The notes beneath the pieces are model-generated. The model did not search any database, was not told the DNA's origin, and worked only from the letters and a program-made list of their open reading frames with translations. DNA of 64,000 nucleotides from Thermoanaerobaculia bacterium (GTDB lineage: Bacteria; Acidobacteriota; Thermoanaerobaculia; UBA5066), in the NCBI GenBank assembly GCA_963719225.1, contig CAVRAY010000001.1:3814253-3878252 (forward strand), given 5' to 3'. A program made the translations under genes and the position numbers. Positions 50,380 through 62,185 of this stretch are shown here, in pieces; positions within the stretch are counted from its first letter, which is position 1; every line of letters starts with the position of its first letter.

Positions 50380-50622
50380 TCAGGCAGGCACGCGGAGTTT
50401 GTCGTAAAGGAACTCAGGCGCGAAATCGGCGCCGTTTGGCCACGAGATTGTCCCCAGGTCCGGCGCGACAACGAAGCGGCGGAAGTACGCTGGATCGCGG
50501 AGGGGCTCGAATACCGGCCCGCGCAGGTCCGCTGAAAGGTCGACCTCGCCTTCGACTCCGTCCTCGAATCTCAGCCAGACCGTGTGATTCCGGATGTAAC
50601 GGGCTTCTACGACATCAACCAT
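50380..50622 (-). CDS. DUF2442 family protein (putative antitoxin)
   Basis: LRFEDG..GEVDL..GPVFEPLRD..TISWPNGADFAPEFLY. Confidence 0.9.
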   Translation of the reverse strand: MVDVVEARYIRNHTVWLRFEDGVEGEVDLSADLRGPVFEPLRDPAYFRRFVVAPDLGTISWPNGADFAPEFLYDKLRVPA

Positions 50623-50626
50623 CGAC

Positions 50627-50737
50627 CTACTCCAACGGCTCGATCGCCTTGGGCTGGCGGCCCTCCTGCGCCAGCCGCCAATTCTCCGCCAGCTCCGCGC
50701 GATGCAAACTCCACCATTCCATCACATGCCCAAGCGC
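50627..50737 (-). pseudogene. DUF4160 family toxin remnant (C-terminal 36 codons)
   Basis: ALGHVMEWWSLHRAELAENWRLAQEGRQPKAIEPLE-stop just upstream of DUF2442; N-terminal half absent. Confidence 0.78.
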
Positions 50738-50768
50738 CCCTCCTACGCGATTTCTCCCATCCGGCTCT

Positions 50769-51770
50769 CTAACGCGGCTTCTTCCGGATGAGCTGCTTGA
50801 TCTCGTTGTTGCCGAGGCCGGAGGAGGCCGCGATGATCAGCGCCGCGTTCCCGGTTCCGATGTCGGGAAGGACGCAGACGGACTTCACCATGCCGTCCGC
50901 TCCCGTGACGCCGCGGAAGAGGATCTGCGGCGGCCGGACGGTGGAGACGACACGCATGGACACGTGCGCGCCCGCGAGCGGCTTCTCGGTGAGCGACGTC
51001 GAAGCCTTCACCGTGATCGACACGGTTTCGCCGGAGATGAGCTCGCCGTCCGCCGTCAGCGCGATCTCGAGGTGCTCCGAGGCGGCCTCCGAAGCGAGAT
51101 AGTCGACGATGACCTGATCGAGGGACCTCAGCGCGGCGCCGGACTTCGGCTTCGGAGGGGCCGCGGGCGCCGCAGCCTTCGCGGGAGGCGGAGCCGCCGG
51201 GGCACGCGTGGACGGCACCGCCGCCCGGCGCTCGGGAATCGCGCCGTGCGCGGCGCTCGCGGACGCCGCGACGGCGGGAGGCGCTGCGGCGGCGGCAGGG
51301 GGTGCCGCTGGGGCCGACGGGGGGGCCGGCACGAACACGGGGCTCGCCGTGCTCGTCACGACCCGCGTGGGCTTCCCGGCCGCCGGTCGATCGCCCGGAA
51401 GCGGTTCCCGCGGCGCCGCGAGGATCGCGCTCACGGCCGCGAGCGCCGCCGGGGAGATCTTCTCCGTGGAGGGAAGCGTGTCGTCCGCCCAGTCGGAGGG
51501 CGCCTCGCCGATCTTCCCCTTGTCGAGCCGGCCGCGGCGGACGGCCTCGATCACGCGGCGGTGCTGCAGGTCCATCATCTCGCGCAGCGCCTTCTCGTCC
51601 ACGTGGTCGCCGCTGATGAGGTCCCGGTAGGGGCTCTTCTTCGACATCAGGATCTCGCCGCCCACGTAGACGAGCGACTCCACCACGGGATTCGCGAGGC
51701 CGCGATCCTCCGTCTGCACGTGGAACACCCTTGTTTCGTGCTTCACGTCCGTGTTGAAGCCCGTGATCAC
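50769..51770 (-). CDS. Conserved hypothetical protein (globular N-domain, Ala/Pro linker, beta-rich C-domain)
   Basis: ITGFNTDVKH..FHVQTED.G..NP N-domain; SLDQVIVDYL motif; coding-like codon usage. Confidence 0.75.
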   Translation of the reverse strand: MITGFNTDVKHETRVFHVQTEDRGLANPVVESLVYVGGEILMSKKSPYRDLISGDHVDEKALREMMDLQHRRVIEAVRRGRLDKGKIGEAPSDWADDTLPSTEKISPAALAAVSAILAAPREPLPGDRPAAGKPTRVVTSTASPVFVPAPPSAPAAPPAAAAAPPAVAASASAAHGAIPERRAAVPSTRAPAAPPPAKAAAPAAPPKPKSGAALRSLDQVIVDYLASEAASEHLEIALTADGELISGETVSITVKASTSLTEKPLAGAHVSMRVVSTVRPPQILFRGVTGADGMVKSVCVLPDIGTGNAALIIAASSGLGNNEIKQLIRKKPR

Positions 51771-51784
51771 GGTGGTCGGAAATT

Positions 51785-54647
<2,863 letters not shown>

Positions 54648-54731
54648 CGGGGCCGGGGATTATGGACCTTGAGTGGCTTCGTCAAGAGAAGGGATTTCCC
54701 CCTGGCCGGCGGGCCCGTTATGCTGTGCCCG

Positions 54732-55021
54732 ATGAGCCCCGCCGAGATCCTCTTCGTCGTCCAGGATGCCCCCGAGGGGGGGTACGTCGCGCGGGCCGTC
54801 GGCGAAAGCATCGTCACGGAAGCAGACGATCTCGAGCAGTTGCACGAACGGGTACGAGACGCGGTACGGTGTCACTTCGAAGAAAACGCGGCGCCGTCCA
54901 CCACATTACCGTTCCCGTGCATTCGCCCTTGAAGGTCGGCACGCTCGCGGCCATCCTCGACGAGGTTGCGAACCACGCCGAGCTCGATCGAGGGCAGCTA
55001 CTGGACGTGCTGTTCGGCTGA
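54732..55021 (+). pseudogene. Fused remnant of a HicB-like antitoxin and HicA toxin pair
   Basis: EILFVVQDAPEGGYVARAVGESIVTEAD..VRDAVRCHF runs at about 54895 directly into, in another frame, HHITVPVHSPLKVGTLAAILDEVA. Confidence 0.78.
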
Positions 55022-55031
55022 ACGCGCGCCG

Positions 55032-55923
55032 TCAACGCTGGCTCAGCCTGCTCGTCAAGCCTCTCAAGCTGCCCTTCAGTCCCCTTGCCCACAGCCTCAT
55101 CGGATTCCGTCGCAGAAATTCCAGGACCGCAGGCGGATAGGCCCGCCACGGGACGGGATGCGGATCCGTGGCCTGGCTTCGCCCGTCCGTGAGATGGTCC
55201 CACTTCGCGACGCACCACCAGAGGGACACGTAGCCGGTGCGTTGCTTCACGAGCGCGAAGATCTCGTCCAGCGCCCGTGTCCATCCCGCCACGGTCTTCG
55301 CCTCCGCGTGCATCCGGCAGCCGGCCAGCTCGCGGTCGAGAAAGCGCATCTTCGACTGCGGGTACCGCGCGGCGAGGCGCAGCCAGTAGTCGTAGTCCAA
55401 CGTGTGATGGAGCGACTCGTCGAACGGGCCGATCTCTTCCCAGACCTTCCGCCGGAAGAACGCCGCGGGCTGTGCGACGAAGCAGGCGTCCGCGATGCGC
55501 TCGATGGCATCAGGTCTCGCCAAGTAGGGCGAGACAGTGTTCCCGGCCTCGTCGATGTAGCTCGCGCGGCCCCACACGAACATCAGCTCCGGATCGGAGG
55601 CGAAAGTCTCGCCCACTGCCGTCGAGGCGCCCGGGCCGCAGCACGTCGTCGCTGTTCAGGTAGCCGAGGATTTCGCCGGTCGAGTTCGACAGGCCTCGGT
55701 TGATCGCGTCCGCCTGCCCGCGGTCCTTCTCCGAGACGAACGGTACGCGGTCCTCGAATTCGCGTAGCACCTCGAGCGTCCCGTCCGTCGAGCCGCCGTC
55801 CTGCACGCGATAGTCGAGATCCGGGTAGCCCTGCGAAAGGACGCTTTCGATCGTCGCGCGGATGAACTTCCCCTGGTTGAGGGAAGGAGTAACGAGCGAG
55901 ATCTTCGGGAGGCCGAAGTTCAT
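55032..55923 (-). CDS. GT2 glycosyltransferase (WfgS-like), one apparent frameshift near 55630
   Basis: VTPSLNQG, DGGSTDGT, GQADAINRG, YLNSDD, then QPAAFFRR..DYDYWLR in the next frame. Confidence 0.85.
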
Positions 55924-56817
55924 CGGGAGTCGTCCGAAGAGGATTTCTTAGAAGGGGAAGAGGGGAAGAGAAGGCGAATGCGAACGAAGTTGATGACAGA
56001 AGAACCAGGGTTCGCATCGCCAGCGAGAGCGGCCAGAGGAGCCTCGGGCCGTGCCTCTTCCAGATTTCCGCGTGCGCCGAGAGAGAGAGGTTGTGCTTGT
56101 CGATCCGCCAGCCAGCCGGCGTAATGCCTCAGCGCTCGGCGCGCCCGCGACGCGCGCGTCGTAGTCGCCCACTTCGTGAAAGAGCCGTGCCGCGGGCGCG
56201 ACGACGACCGGAATCCCCGCGCGCCCGGCGCGCAGCGAGAAATCGAGGTCGCCCCACGCCATCGGAAAGCGCGCCGCGTCCGGCAGGCCGATGCGGTCGA
56301 AGACTTCGACCGGCACGTACGTCCCCATCCCGAAGAGCCAGTCTGCGGGAAACGGCTCCTTCGGCAGAGACTCGCTGGACGCGCCGTGGTGCAGCACGCG
56401 GATGCCGCGGCCCCACCACTCCACGGCACCGCCCGCCGACCAGACGCGTGCCGGTTCCTGCGCGTAGCAGATCGTGCTGCCCACGAGAGCGCCGGGGTTC
56501 TTCTCGACCGTCGCGAGGAGATGCGCGAAATAGTCCGGTGCGCACGTCACGTCCTGGTTGAAGAAAAGAACCGCGTCCTCGCCGGCCGCTCGCGCCCTTT
56601 CGATCCCGAGGACGATCCCGCCTGTCCACCAGGCTGGCTTTTCCGTCCGGATCACGTCGAGCCCCGGAAACTCGTTCTGGAGCGCGCTTCCTTCCGCCGT
56701 CCCCTCGTCGTCCACGAAGACGATGCGTTCCGCGCCCGCGGCTCTCAGGGATGCGATCGCCCGCCGCGAGGCGTCGACCCGCCGGAAGGCGGGGATGAGG
56801 ACGGCCGGCGGCCTCAG
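55920..56817 (-). CDS. GT2 glycosyltransferase (rhamnosyltransferase-like); 3' end frameshifted, limits approximate
   Basis: VLIP, FVDD, WWTGG, FNQD, GMGT, GDLDFSLRA. Confidence 0.75.
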
Positions 56818-57812
56818 GCGGCGTCCCCGTGCGCGTCGAGGTCGGCAAGCTCGGCCTCGACGATGAGCCGCACGAGTTCGTCGAACCCCGTCTTTGGCGC
56901 CCATCCCAGCTCGCGGCGCGCCTTCGAGGCATCGCCGCAGGTCTGCGTGATGTCCACGAGGCGCACGTACTCGGGGTCGAGGACGACGTGCTTGCGGTAG
57001 TCGAGCCCCACGACGCGGAATGCCGTCTCGCAGAACTCTCCGACCGAATGCGGGATGCCCGAGGCGAGAACGAAATCGTCGGGCTTCGGAGCCGAGGCGA
57101 TCCGGCGCATGCCGTCCACGATGTCCACGGCATAGCTCCAGTCGCGCTTCGGCGTGAGGTTGCCGAGGTGAAGCTCGTTCTGGAGTCCTCGCGCGATGCG
57201 TGCGGCGCCGCGCGCGATCTTCCTCGTCACGTAGTTCTCGCCGCGGCGCGGGCTCTCGTGGTTGAAGAGGATTCCCGCGCACGCGAAGACGCCGTAGGCC
57301 TTCCGGTAGATGCGGACGAGGTTCAGGGCATAGACCTTCGCCGCCGCGTACGGATTGACGGGGTTCATCGGCGTCGTTTCGTTCTGCGGCGATTCTTTCG
57401 CCTCGCCGAAGATCTCGCTGGTGGCCGCGAGAAAGAGGCGCGCGTCCGGCACCACGTGGCGCATGGACTCGAGGAGGCGCAGCGTCCCGAGGCCCGTCGA
57501 ATCCGCCGTGTATTCGGGCAGGTCGAAGGAGATCTTGACGTGGCTCTGCCCCGCCAGGTGGTAGATCACGTCCGGCTTCACGCTTCGCAACACGGAGACG
57601 AGGCTGCTCGTGTCCGACAGGTCGGCGTAATGCAGCTTCAGGCGGCCCTTGGATCGTGCCTCTACGAGAGCCGGCACGGAATCGATTCGCGTCCGCTGCA
57701 GGAGGCTCGACTGCCGGACGAGCCCGTCCACTTCGTCGCCGCTCGCGAGGTGCGATTCCGCGAGATACGAGCCGTCCTGGCCCGTGATGCCCGTGATGAG
57801 GATGCGCGCCAT
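56814..57812 (-). CDS. gmd: GDP-mannose 4,6-dehydratase
   Basis: ITGITGQDGSYL, QSHV, YAAAK, LFNHESPRRG, LGNL..KRDW. Confidence 0.93.
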   Translation of the reverse strand: MARILITGITGQDGSYLAESHLASGDEVDGLVRQSSLLQRTRIDSVPALVEARSKGRLKLHYADLSDTSSLVSVLRSVKPDVIYHLAGQSHVKISFDLPEYTADSTGLGTLRLLESMRHVVPDARLFLAATSEIFGEAKESPQNETTPMNPVNPYAAAKVYALNLVRIYRKAYGVFACAGILFNHESPRRGENYVTRKIARGAARIARGLQNELHLGNLTPKRDWSYAVDIVDGMRRIASAPKPDDFVLASGIPHSVGEFCETAFRVVGLDYRKHVVLDPEYVRLVDITQTCGDASKARRELGWAPKTGFDELVRLIVEAELADLDAHGDAA

Positions 57813-57840
57813 GCGCTCCAGTTTGTGGGAAAGTAGAAGG

Positions 57841-59037
57841 ATGTCAAAGGGACGAAGGCTGCGGGTCTTCGTCGACCTCGCGCCCCTGTCGCCGGACGGC
57901 GGCAATGGCGGGGCCCGCCTTTTCACGCTGGACCTCCTTTCCGTTCTCCTCGCCCGGGCGGGTGCTCACGAATACCACCTGCTCGTGAAGCCGGAAGCCG
58001 AGGCCACGGTCTCCCCGCTCCTCGCGAAGGGCGCCGTCCGGCACCGCCTCGGCCGCGGCCTCGACGTCGAGGAGCCGCGCAAGATCCTCCGCACGCGCCG
58101 GCGCCTGCACGGATTCTTCCAGCCGCTTCTCGAACTGGCGGCGCCCGATCGGACGTCGCTGAAACGCCTCGGCGCGGACGTGCTCTTCAGCCCGCTCGGG
58201 ACGGCGGCCTTTCACGAGACGGCCCTTCCCCACGTCGTCGTCGCCTACGATTTCCAGGACCTCGTCTACCCGCAGTTCTTCGACGCCGACGAGAGGCGTC
58301 GTCGCATCGAGTTCCGCGGCGACCTCAGGCGCGCGGACCGCGTCGTGGCGATCTCCGAAGCCACGAAAGCGATGGCCGTCGAGCGCGTTCACGTGAAGAG
58401 GGGTCGCCTCACGGTGCTGCCCCCGATCGCGAGAGGGCTTCGAGCGGCTCTCGATCCGCGCGCGGCGTTGAATCGCCTCGACGACCTCGACCTTCACCGT
58501 GCGGAGTTCGCCGTGTATCCGGCGAACTTCTGGCCGCACAAGAACCACGAGCGGCTTCTCTCGGCGACAGCGCGCATCGTGCGCGAGGAGCCGGAGTTCC
58601 TCCTCGTCCTCTGCGGCGCGCTCGACGAGAACCGCGAGAAGCTGCGCGGCCGGATCGAATCGCTCGGACTCGAGTCGAACGTCCGTCTCCTTCCCTACCT
58701 CGAGGATGCCGAGACCACGGCGCTCCTCGAAGGGGCACAGTTCCTCGTCTTCCCGTCGCTCTTCGAAGGGTTCGGTCTGCCGGTGCTCGAGGCCATGGCG
58801 CTCGGGACGCCGGTGGCGTGCTCGGATCTCCCGGCACTCCTCGAGCTCGCGCGCGACGCCGCGCTCTTCTTCGACGCCGACGACGAACACGGGCTCGCGG
58901 CCACGATGCTGCGTCTCTGGCGGGAGGACGAGACCCGCGACAGGCTCGCCCGGATCGGCCGCGCCCGCGCGGCTGCGTACGCGGCGATCGACGTGGCCGG
59001 CGCGTACCACGAGCTGCTGGGCTCGATCGGGGAGTGA
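57841..59037 (+). CDS. GT4 glycosyltransferase (MtfB-like)
   Basis: YPANFWPHKNH, PSLFEGFGLPVLEAM. Confidence 0.92.
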   Translation: MSKGRRLRVFVDLAPLSPDGGNGGARLFTLDLLSVLLARAGAHEYHLLVKPEAEATVSPLLAKGAVRHRLGRGLDVEEPRKILRTRRRLHGFFQPLLELAAPDRTSLKRLGADVLFSPLGTAAFHETALPHVVVAYDFQDLVYPQFFDADERRRRIEFRGDLRRADRVVAISEATKAMAVERVHVKRGRLTVLPPIARGLRAALDPRAALNRLDDLDLHRAEFAVYPANFWPHKNHERLLSATARIVREEPEFLLVLCGALDENREKLRGRIESLGLESNVRLLPYLEDAETTALLEGAQFLVFPSLFEGFGLPVLEAMALGTPVACSDLPALLELARDAALFFDADDEHGLAATMLRLWREDETRDRLARIGRARAAAYAAIDVAGAYHELLGSIGE

Positions 59038-59102
59038 AAGCGCAGCAGATGTGCGATATACTGAAATTTGGAAATTCGGCCAAAGCCGGAAACAGGGCTC
59101 AA

Positions 59103-59384
59103 ATGACTGAAACCGAATCGCTGACCAGACTCCTTCGTCCGCGGGCGCGAGGGCAGATCACGCTGCCAGCCGCGTTCCGGCGCCGGCTCAGGATCGGCGA
59201 GAACACGATTCTGAAGGTCACCCTTACGGGGCAAGAGATCAAGATCCTGCCTCTCCAGGCGGACGTCCGCGATCAGGCGCTCCGCGATTACGGCGAGGAC
59301 GAGATCAAGCGATTCCTGAAGGAGGACCGTCTTGACGCCCGAACCGCAAAGAAGGTGAGACGTCTTCTGGGCAAGCGGGAGTGA
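59103..59384 (+). CDS. AbrB/MazE family antitoxin
   Basis: RGQITLPAAFRRRL; GTGA overlap with the PIN gene. Confidence 0.85.
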   Translation: MTETESLTRLLRPRARGQITLPAAFRRRLRIGENTILKVTLTGQEIKILPLQADVRDQALRDYGEDEIKRFLKEDRLDARTAKKVRRLLGKRE

Positions 59385-59818
59385 CGACGCCGCCTCGGCT
59401 GTTCTTCGACGCCAGTATCCTCGTTGCCGCGGCGGGTTCCTCAACAGGCGCCTCGGCTCTGGTCGTCGAAACCTGCCACCGGGGGTTGACTCACGCCGTC
59501 GCGAGTCGGGTCGTGCTTCTCGAGGCGGAGCGAAACATCCGGAACAAGATGGGGGAAGCCCCGCTCCTCCGCTTCTACGAGGCCCTGGGCCTTCTCGACC
59601 TCGAGGTCGTTCCCGATCCAACTTCGAGGGAGATCGAAGCGCAGACAGGAATAATCCACGCGAAGGACGCCCACGTGCTCGCCGCTGCTTCGAGGGCGGG
59701 CGTCGACTTCCTGCTCACTCTCGACCGAAAGCACTTCATGACCCGCGCAGTGCTCGAGGCAGGATTGAGCTTCGTGATTCTCACGCCGGGCGATTTCCTT
59801 CGCCGACTGGCGCAATGA
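59381..59818 (+). CDS. PIN-domain (VapC-like) toxin
   Basis: FFDASIL, EAERN, KDAHVLAAA, TLDRKHF. Confidence 0.88.
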   Translation: MTTPPRLFFDASILVAAAGSSTGASALVVETCHRGLTHAVASRVVLLEAERNIRNKMGEAPLLRFYEALGLLDLEVVPDPTSREIEAQTGIIHAKDAHVLAAASRAGVDFLLTLDRKHFMTRAVLEAGLSFVILTPGDFLRRLAQ

Positions 59819-59880
59819 AACTCCTGACACCACAACGAGCTGCTGGGATCGCTTGGGGATTGAGCCTCCTCGACGAATCG

Positions 59881-60327
59881 TCAGGCTCTGAAGCCCCGAC
59901 GAGCAGCGGGCAGAAGGCCGAACCCCAGCAACTTCGCGTTCTTCCTCAGGCGCTCGTCGAGAGTGAGGAAAACCAGGCCAGGAGCCGAGGACCGCGCCGA
60001 GAGGGCGCTTGCCAGATGCAGTGCGTCCAGCGTGCGCAATGGCTCGCTGGGGAACGTCCTCTTCGCCCTGTCGAGGATTTCGGAGTCCAGCCGGATCACG
60101 CTCCACCTCGAAACAGCGGACCGTAGCCAACCTTGCCGGTCCGACACCGCGGCTTCCCCGATTTCCTTCAGCGAAAAAGCTCGCGCGAGGACGCGTTCAC
60201 ACTCGACGAGCGTCAGCTCCGAGGTCACCACGACTTCGGCTGCCGCAAGAGGGTTACCGACATCAGATGCCCTGGCCTCACCCAACCACCACGCGACCAC
60301 CGCACTGGTTTCCGCGTAGAGGTTCAG
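59881..60327 (-). CDS. VapC PIN-domain toxin (probable CTG start)
   Basis: LYAETSA, TSELTLVE, LRTLDALHLASA, TLDERL. Confidence 0.88.
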   Translation of the reverse strand: MNLYAETSAVVAWWLGEARASDVGNPLAAAEVVVTSELTLVECERVLARAFSLKEIGEAAVSDRQGWLRSAVSRWSVIRLDSEILDRAKRTFPSEPLRTLDALHLASALSARSSAPGLVFLTLDERLRKNAKLLGFGLLPAARRGFRA

Positions 60328-60332
60328 CGGTC
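60308..60332. repeat. 25-bp direct repeat, copy 1 (phd-vapC junction)
   Basis: GTTTCCGCGTAGAGGTTCAGCGGTC; 24/25 identical to 61259-61283. Confidence 0.85.
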
Positions 60333-60617
60333 ACCCCTGTCCTCGTCCAAGAGATCCAGGGCCGAACGTCCTCGAATGAGCCGCGGAAACTTCGGGTAGA
60401 CGGCCGGATCGTTGAGGCCGGCATGGACCAGAAGGCCTCGCCTATGAAGGTCCGCGACGATCGGATTTGAATGGGCCGCAGGGCGGATCTTGTCCGCGCC
60501 TCGCAGCTCCGCCACGACCTCGCCTCGCTCGGTGAGAAGAATGTCCTCCCCGCGCCGAGCCATTCGGACGTACTCGCTCAGACGGTCCTTGAATTCGCGG
60601 ATTCCGACGACTTTCAT
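60324..60617 (-). CDS. Phd/YefM family antitoxin
   Basis: VGIREFKDRLSEYVR..RGE...TERG.VVAEL. Confidence 0.92.
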   Translation of the reverse strand: MKVVGIREFKDRLSEYVRMARRGEDILLTERGEVVAELRGADKIRPAAHSNPIVADLHRRGLLVHAGLNDPAVYPKFPRLIRGRSALDLLDEDRGDR

Positions 60618-60625
60618 ACATCGAT

Positions 60626-60645
60626 TGTAGCCTCACGTGGCTACA
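60626..60645. promoter_or_regulatory. Probable antitoxin operator for phd-vapC
   Basis: TGTAGCC-N6-GGCTACA inverted repeat just upstream of the phd start. Confidence 0.6.
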
Positions 60646-60663
60646 TTCGGCTAGTACGGCCAC

Positions 60664-60703
60664 TTGACCGTCCGCTTCGACGCGAGTATTCTTTACGTAA
60701 AGA
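60664..60703 (+). promoter_or_regulatory. Sigma70 promoter with overlapping palindromic operator for abrB-mazF
   Basis: TTGACC-N17-TATTCT; 14-bp palindrome TCTTTACGTAAAGA at 60690-60703. Confidence 0.7.
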
Positions 60704-60710
60704 GTAAAGA

Positions 60711-60938
60711 ATGAAAAAAACCAGCCGACTTTCCAGCAAGGGTCAGGTCACCATCCCCCGCGAAATTCGGGCGGCGCTTCATCTCGAGGCCGGAGATCTC
60801 GTCGCCTACGACGTCAAGGACGACAAGGCGATCCTCAGGCGCGCCGAGCCGTTCGATGCTGCCTACCACTCGGCGGTTTCAGAAACCCTCGAAGAGTGGG
60901 GCTCGATCGACGACGACAAGGCCTTCCGTGATCTGTGA
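60711..60938 (+). CDS. AbrB/MazE family antitoxin
   Basis: SSKGQVTIPREIR..L..GD; C-terminal EEW.S..DD.AFRDL. Confidence 0.9.
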   Translation: MKKTSRLSSKGQVTIPREIRAALHLEAGDLVAYDVKDDKAILRRAEPFDAAYHSAVSETLEEWGSIDDDKAFRDL

Positions 60939-61257
60939 GCCGTGGGACGTCACCGTCGTCCCGTTTCCGTTCAGCGAGCGGCCGGGCAGCAAGCGCCGGC
61001 CGGCGCTCGTCCTGAGCCGCCGAGCGTTCAATTCGGCGGGTTACACCGTGCTCGCCATGATCACGACCCACGCCCATCGGGCGTGGCCGGGAGACGTCGA
61101 CATCCAGGGGCTCGAACCGGCCGGACTTCCGCTCCCTTGCATCGTGAGGATGAAGGTCTTCACGCTCGATAACAGGCTGCTCCTACGACGCATCGGATCG
61201 CTGGCTCCCGCCGATCGACGGAAGGTCGCCGGCGCGTTGAAGTCCCACCTCGTGTAG
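60928..61257 (+). CDS. MazF/PemK family toxin
   Basis: VVPFPFS....KRRPALVLS, AMITT, VRMKVFTLD. Confidence 0.9.
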   Translation: MICEPWDVTVVPFPFSERPGSKRRPALVLSRRAFNSAGYTVLAMITTHAHRAWPGDVDIQGLEPAGLPLPCIVRMKVFTLDNRLLLRRIGSLAPADRRKVAGALKSHLV

Positions 61258-61258
61258 C

Positions 61259-61283
61259 GTTTCCGCGTAGAGTTTCAGCGGTC
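61259..61283. repeat. 25-bp direct repeat, copy 2 (at the HEPN stop)
   Basis: GTTTCCGCGTAGAGTTTCAGCGGTC. Confidence 0.85.
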
Positions 61284-61700
61284 GCTCCGCTCTAACGGAA
61301 TCACTTGGCGCGCCATCTCGGCGCAGAACCGGGCATCGGATAGGGCCTGCGCGGCCTGCTCCCGCGTGTACTGCTCGGTCGGAAGGAAATCGGCCTCGCC
61401 GTAGAACGCGAGCTCCCGCTCCTTTCGAAGCCACGACGAGATCGACGCCAGGCGCCGCACGTGAGGACGTACGTGCTCGGGAAGACGGCTCTCGCTGGCG
61501 ATGAGGAGATCTCCCACGTCGTGCCACTTCGGTGGCTCGACGCCGACCTGCCGGAGGATGGCCTTGAGCATCAGCTCGACGGCCTCCTGCGCCTCGCGCA
61601 CCACATCCGAAAAGGCTCCCCTCGAAAGAAAGAGCTCGAGAACTTCGAGCCGAACAAGGGCCTTCAGGAGATAGCTCTGTGCGAGAGACGTTGCCGTCAA
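61275..61700 (-). CDS. HEPN domain protein
   Basis: AQEAVEL.LKA.L, PPKWHD, RELAFYG. Confidence 0.9.
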   Translation of the reverse strand: MTATSLAQSYLLKALVRLEVLELFLSRGAFSDVVREAQEAVELMLKAILRQVGVEPPKWHDVGDLLIASESRLPEHVRPHVRRLASISSWLRKERELAFYGEADFLPTEQYTREQAAQALSDARFCAEMARQVIPLERSDR

Positions 61701-62185
61701 AACAGCACGATCTCGTCGCCCGGCTTGAAGTCGGGCTTCAGATCCCAGTACCAGGCGTCGTCTTTCCAGATACGCTTCGAGCCCAGTTTGTCGAGGCGTT
61801 CCTTCAAAGCCGCCAGCTCGCTCGCGAAGAAGCCGCCACGGTCGTACAGAAGCCGGCCGTCGTCGAGCATGTCGAGGAATAGGGGGCTTCCCCGCCGCAC
61901 CTCGGTGGGCGTTTTGAAAATCGGCGACAACCTGTGCGCAGAGTTCGCCGGCCCCTCAGAGACGACCGATCGCTCGATCGCGTCGAATTCCCGCACGCGC
62001 GGGATTCGTCCGTCCGGAAGCGGGTCGGCCACGACGAGAAGGTCGATGTCCGAGTCGGGCCTCGGCGTTCCCCGACCTACCGATCCGAAGACGACGAGCG
62101 AGACGAGGCGATCACCATAGAAGCTCTGGCATGCGCCCAGCAGCCGCCCCAGTAAATGCTCGATCTCGGGAATGCCGGCCACCAT
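61697..62185 (-). CDS. Minimal nucleotidyltransferase (MNT) antitoxin
   Basis: FGSVGRG...DSDIDLLVV; TTGA overlap with HEPN. Confidence 0.9.
   Translation of the reverse strand: MVAGIPEIEHLLGRLLGACQSFYGDRLVSLVVFGSVGRGTPRPDSDIDLLVVADPLPDGRIPRVREFDAIERSVVSEGPANSAHRLSPIFKTPTEVRRGSPLFLDMLDDGRLLYDRGGFFASELAALKERLDKLGSKRIWKDDAWYWDLKPDFKPGDEIVLF

Noticed and set aside
54650-54690. uvrA promoter or SOS box
   Set aside because: The TTGACG and CATAAT hexamers are only 15 nt apart, and no LexA box could be recognised with confidence.
59815-60126. ORF MKLLTPQRAAGIAWGLSLL coupled to the PIN stop
   Set aside because: It is mostly antisense to vapC. The first ~20 codons could be the stub of an interrupted gene, but there is no supporting homology.
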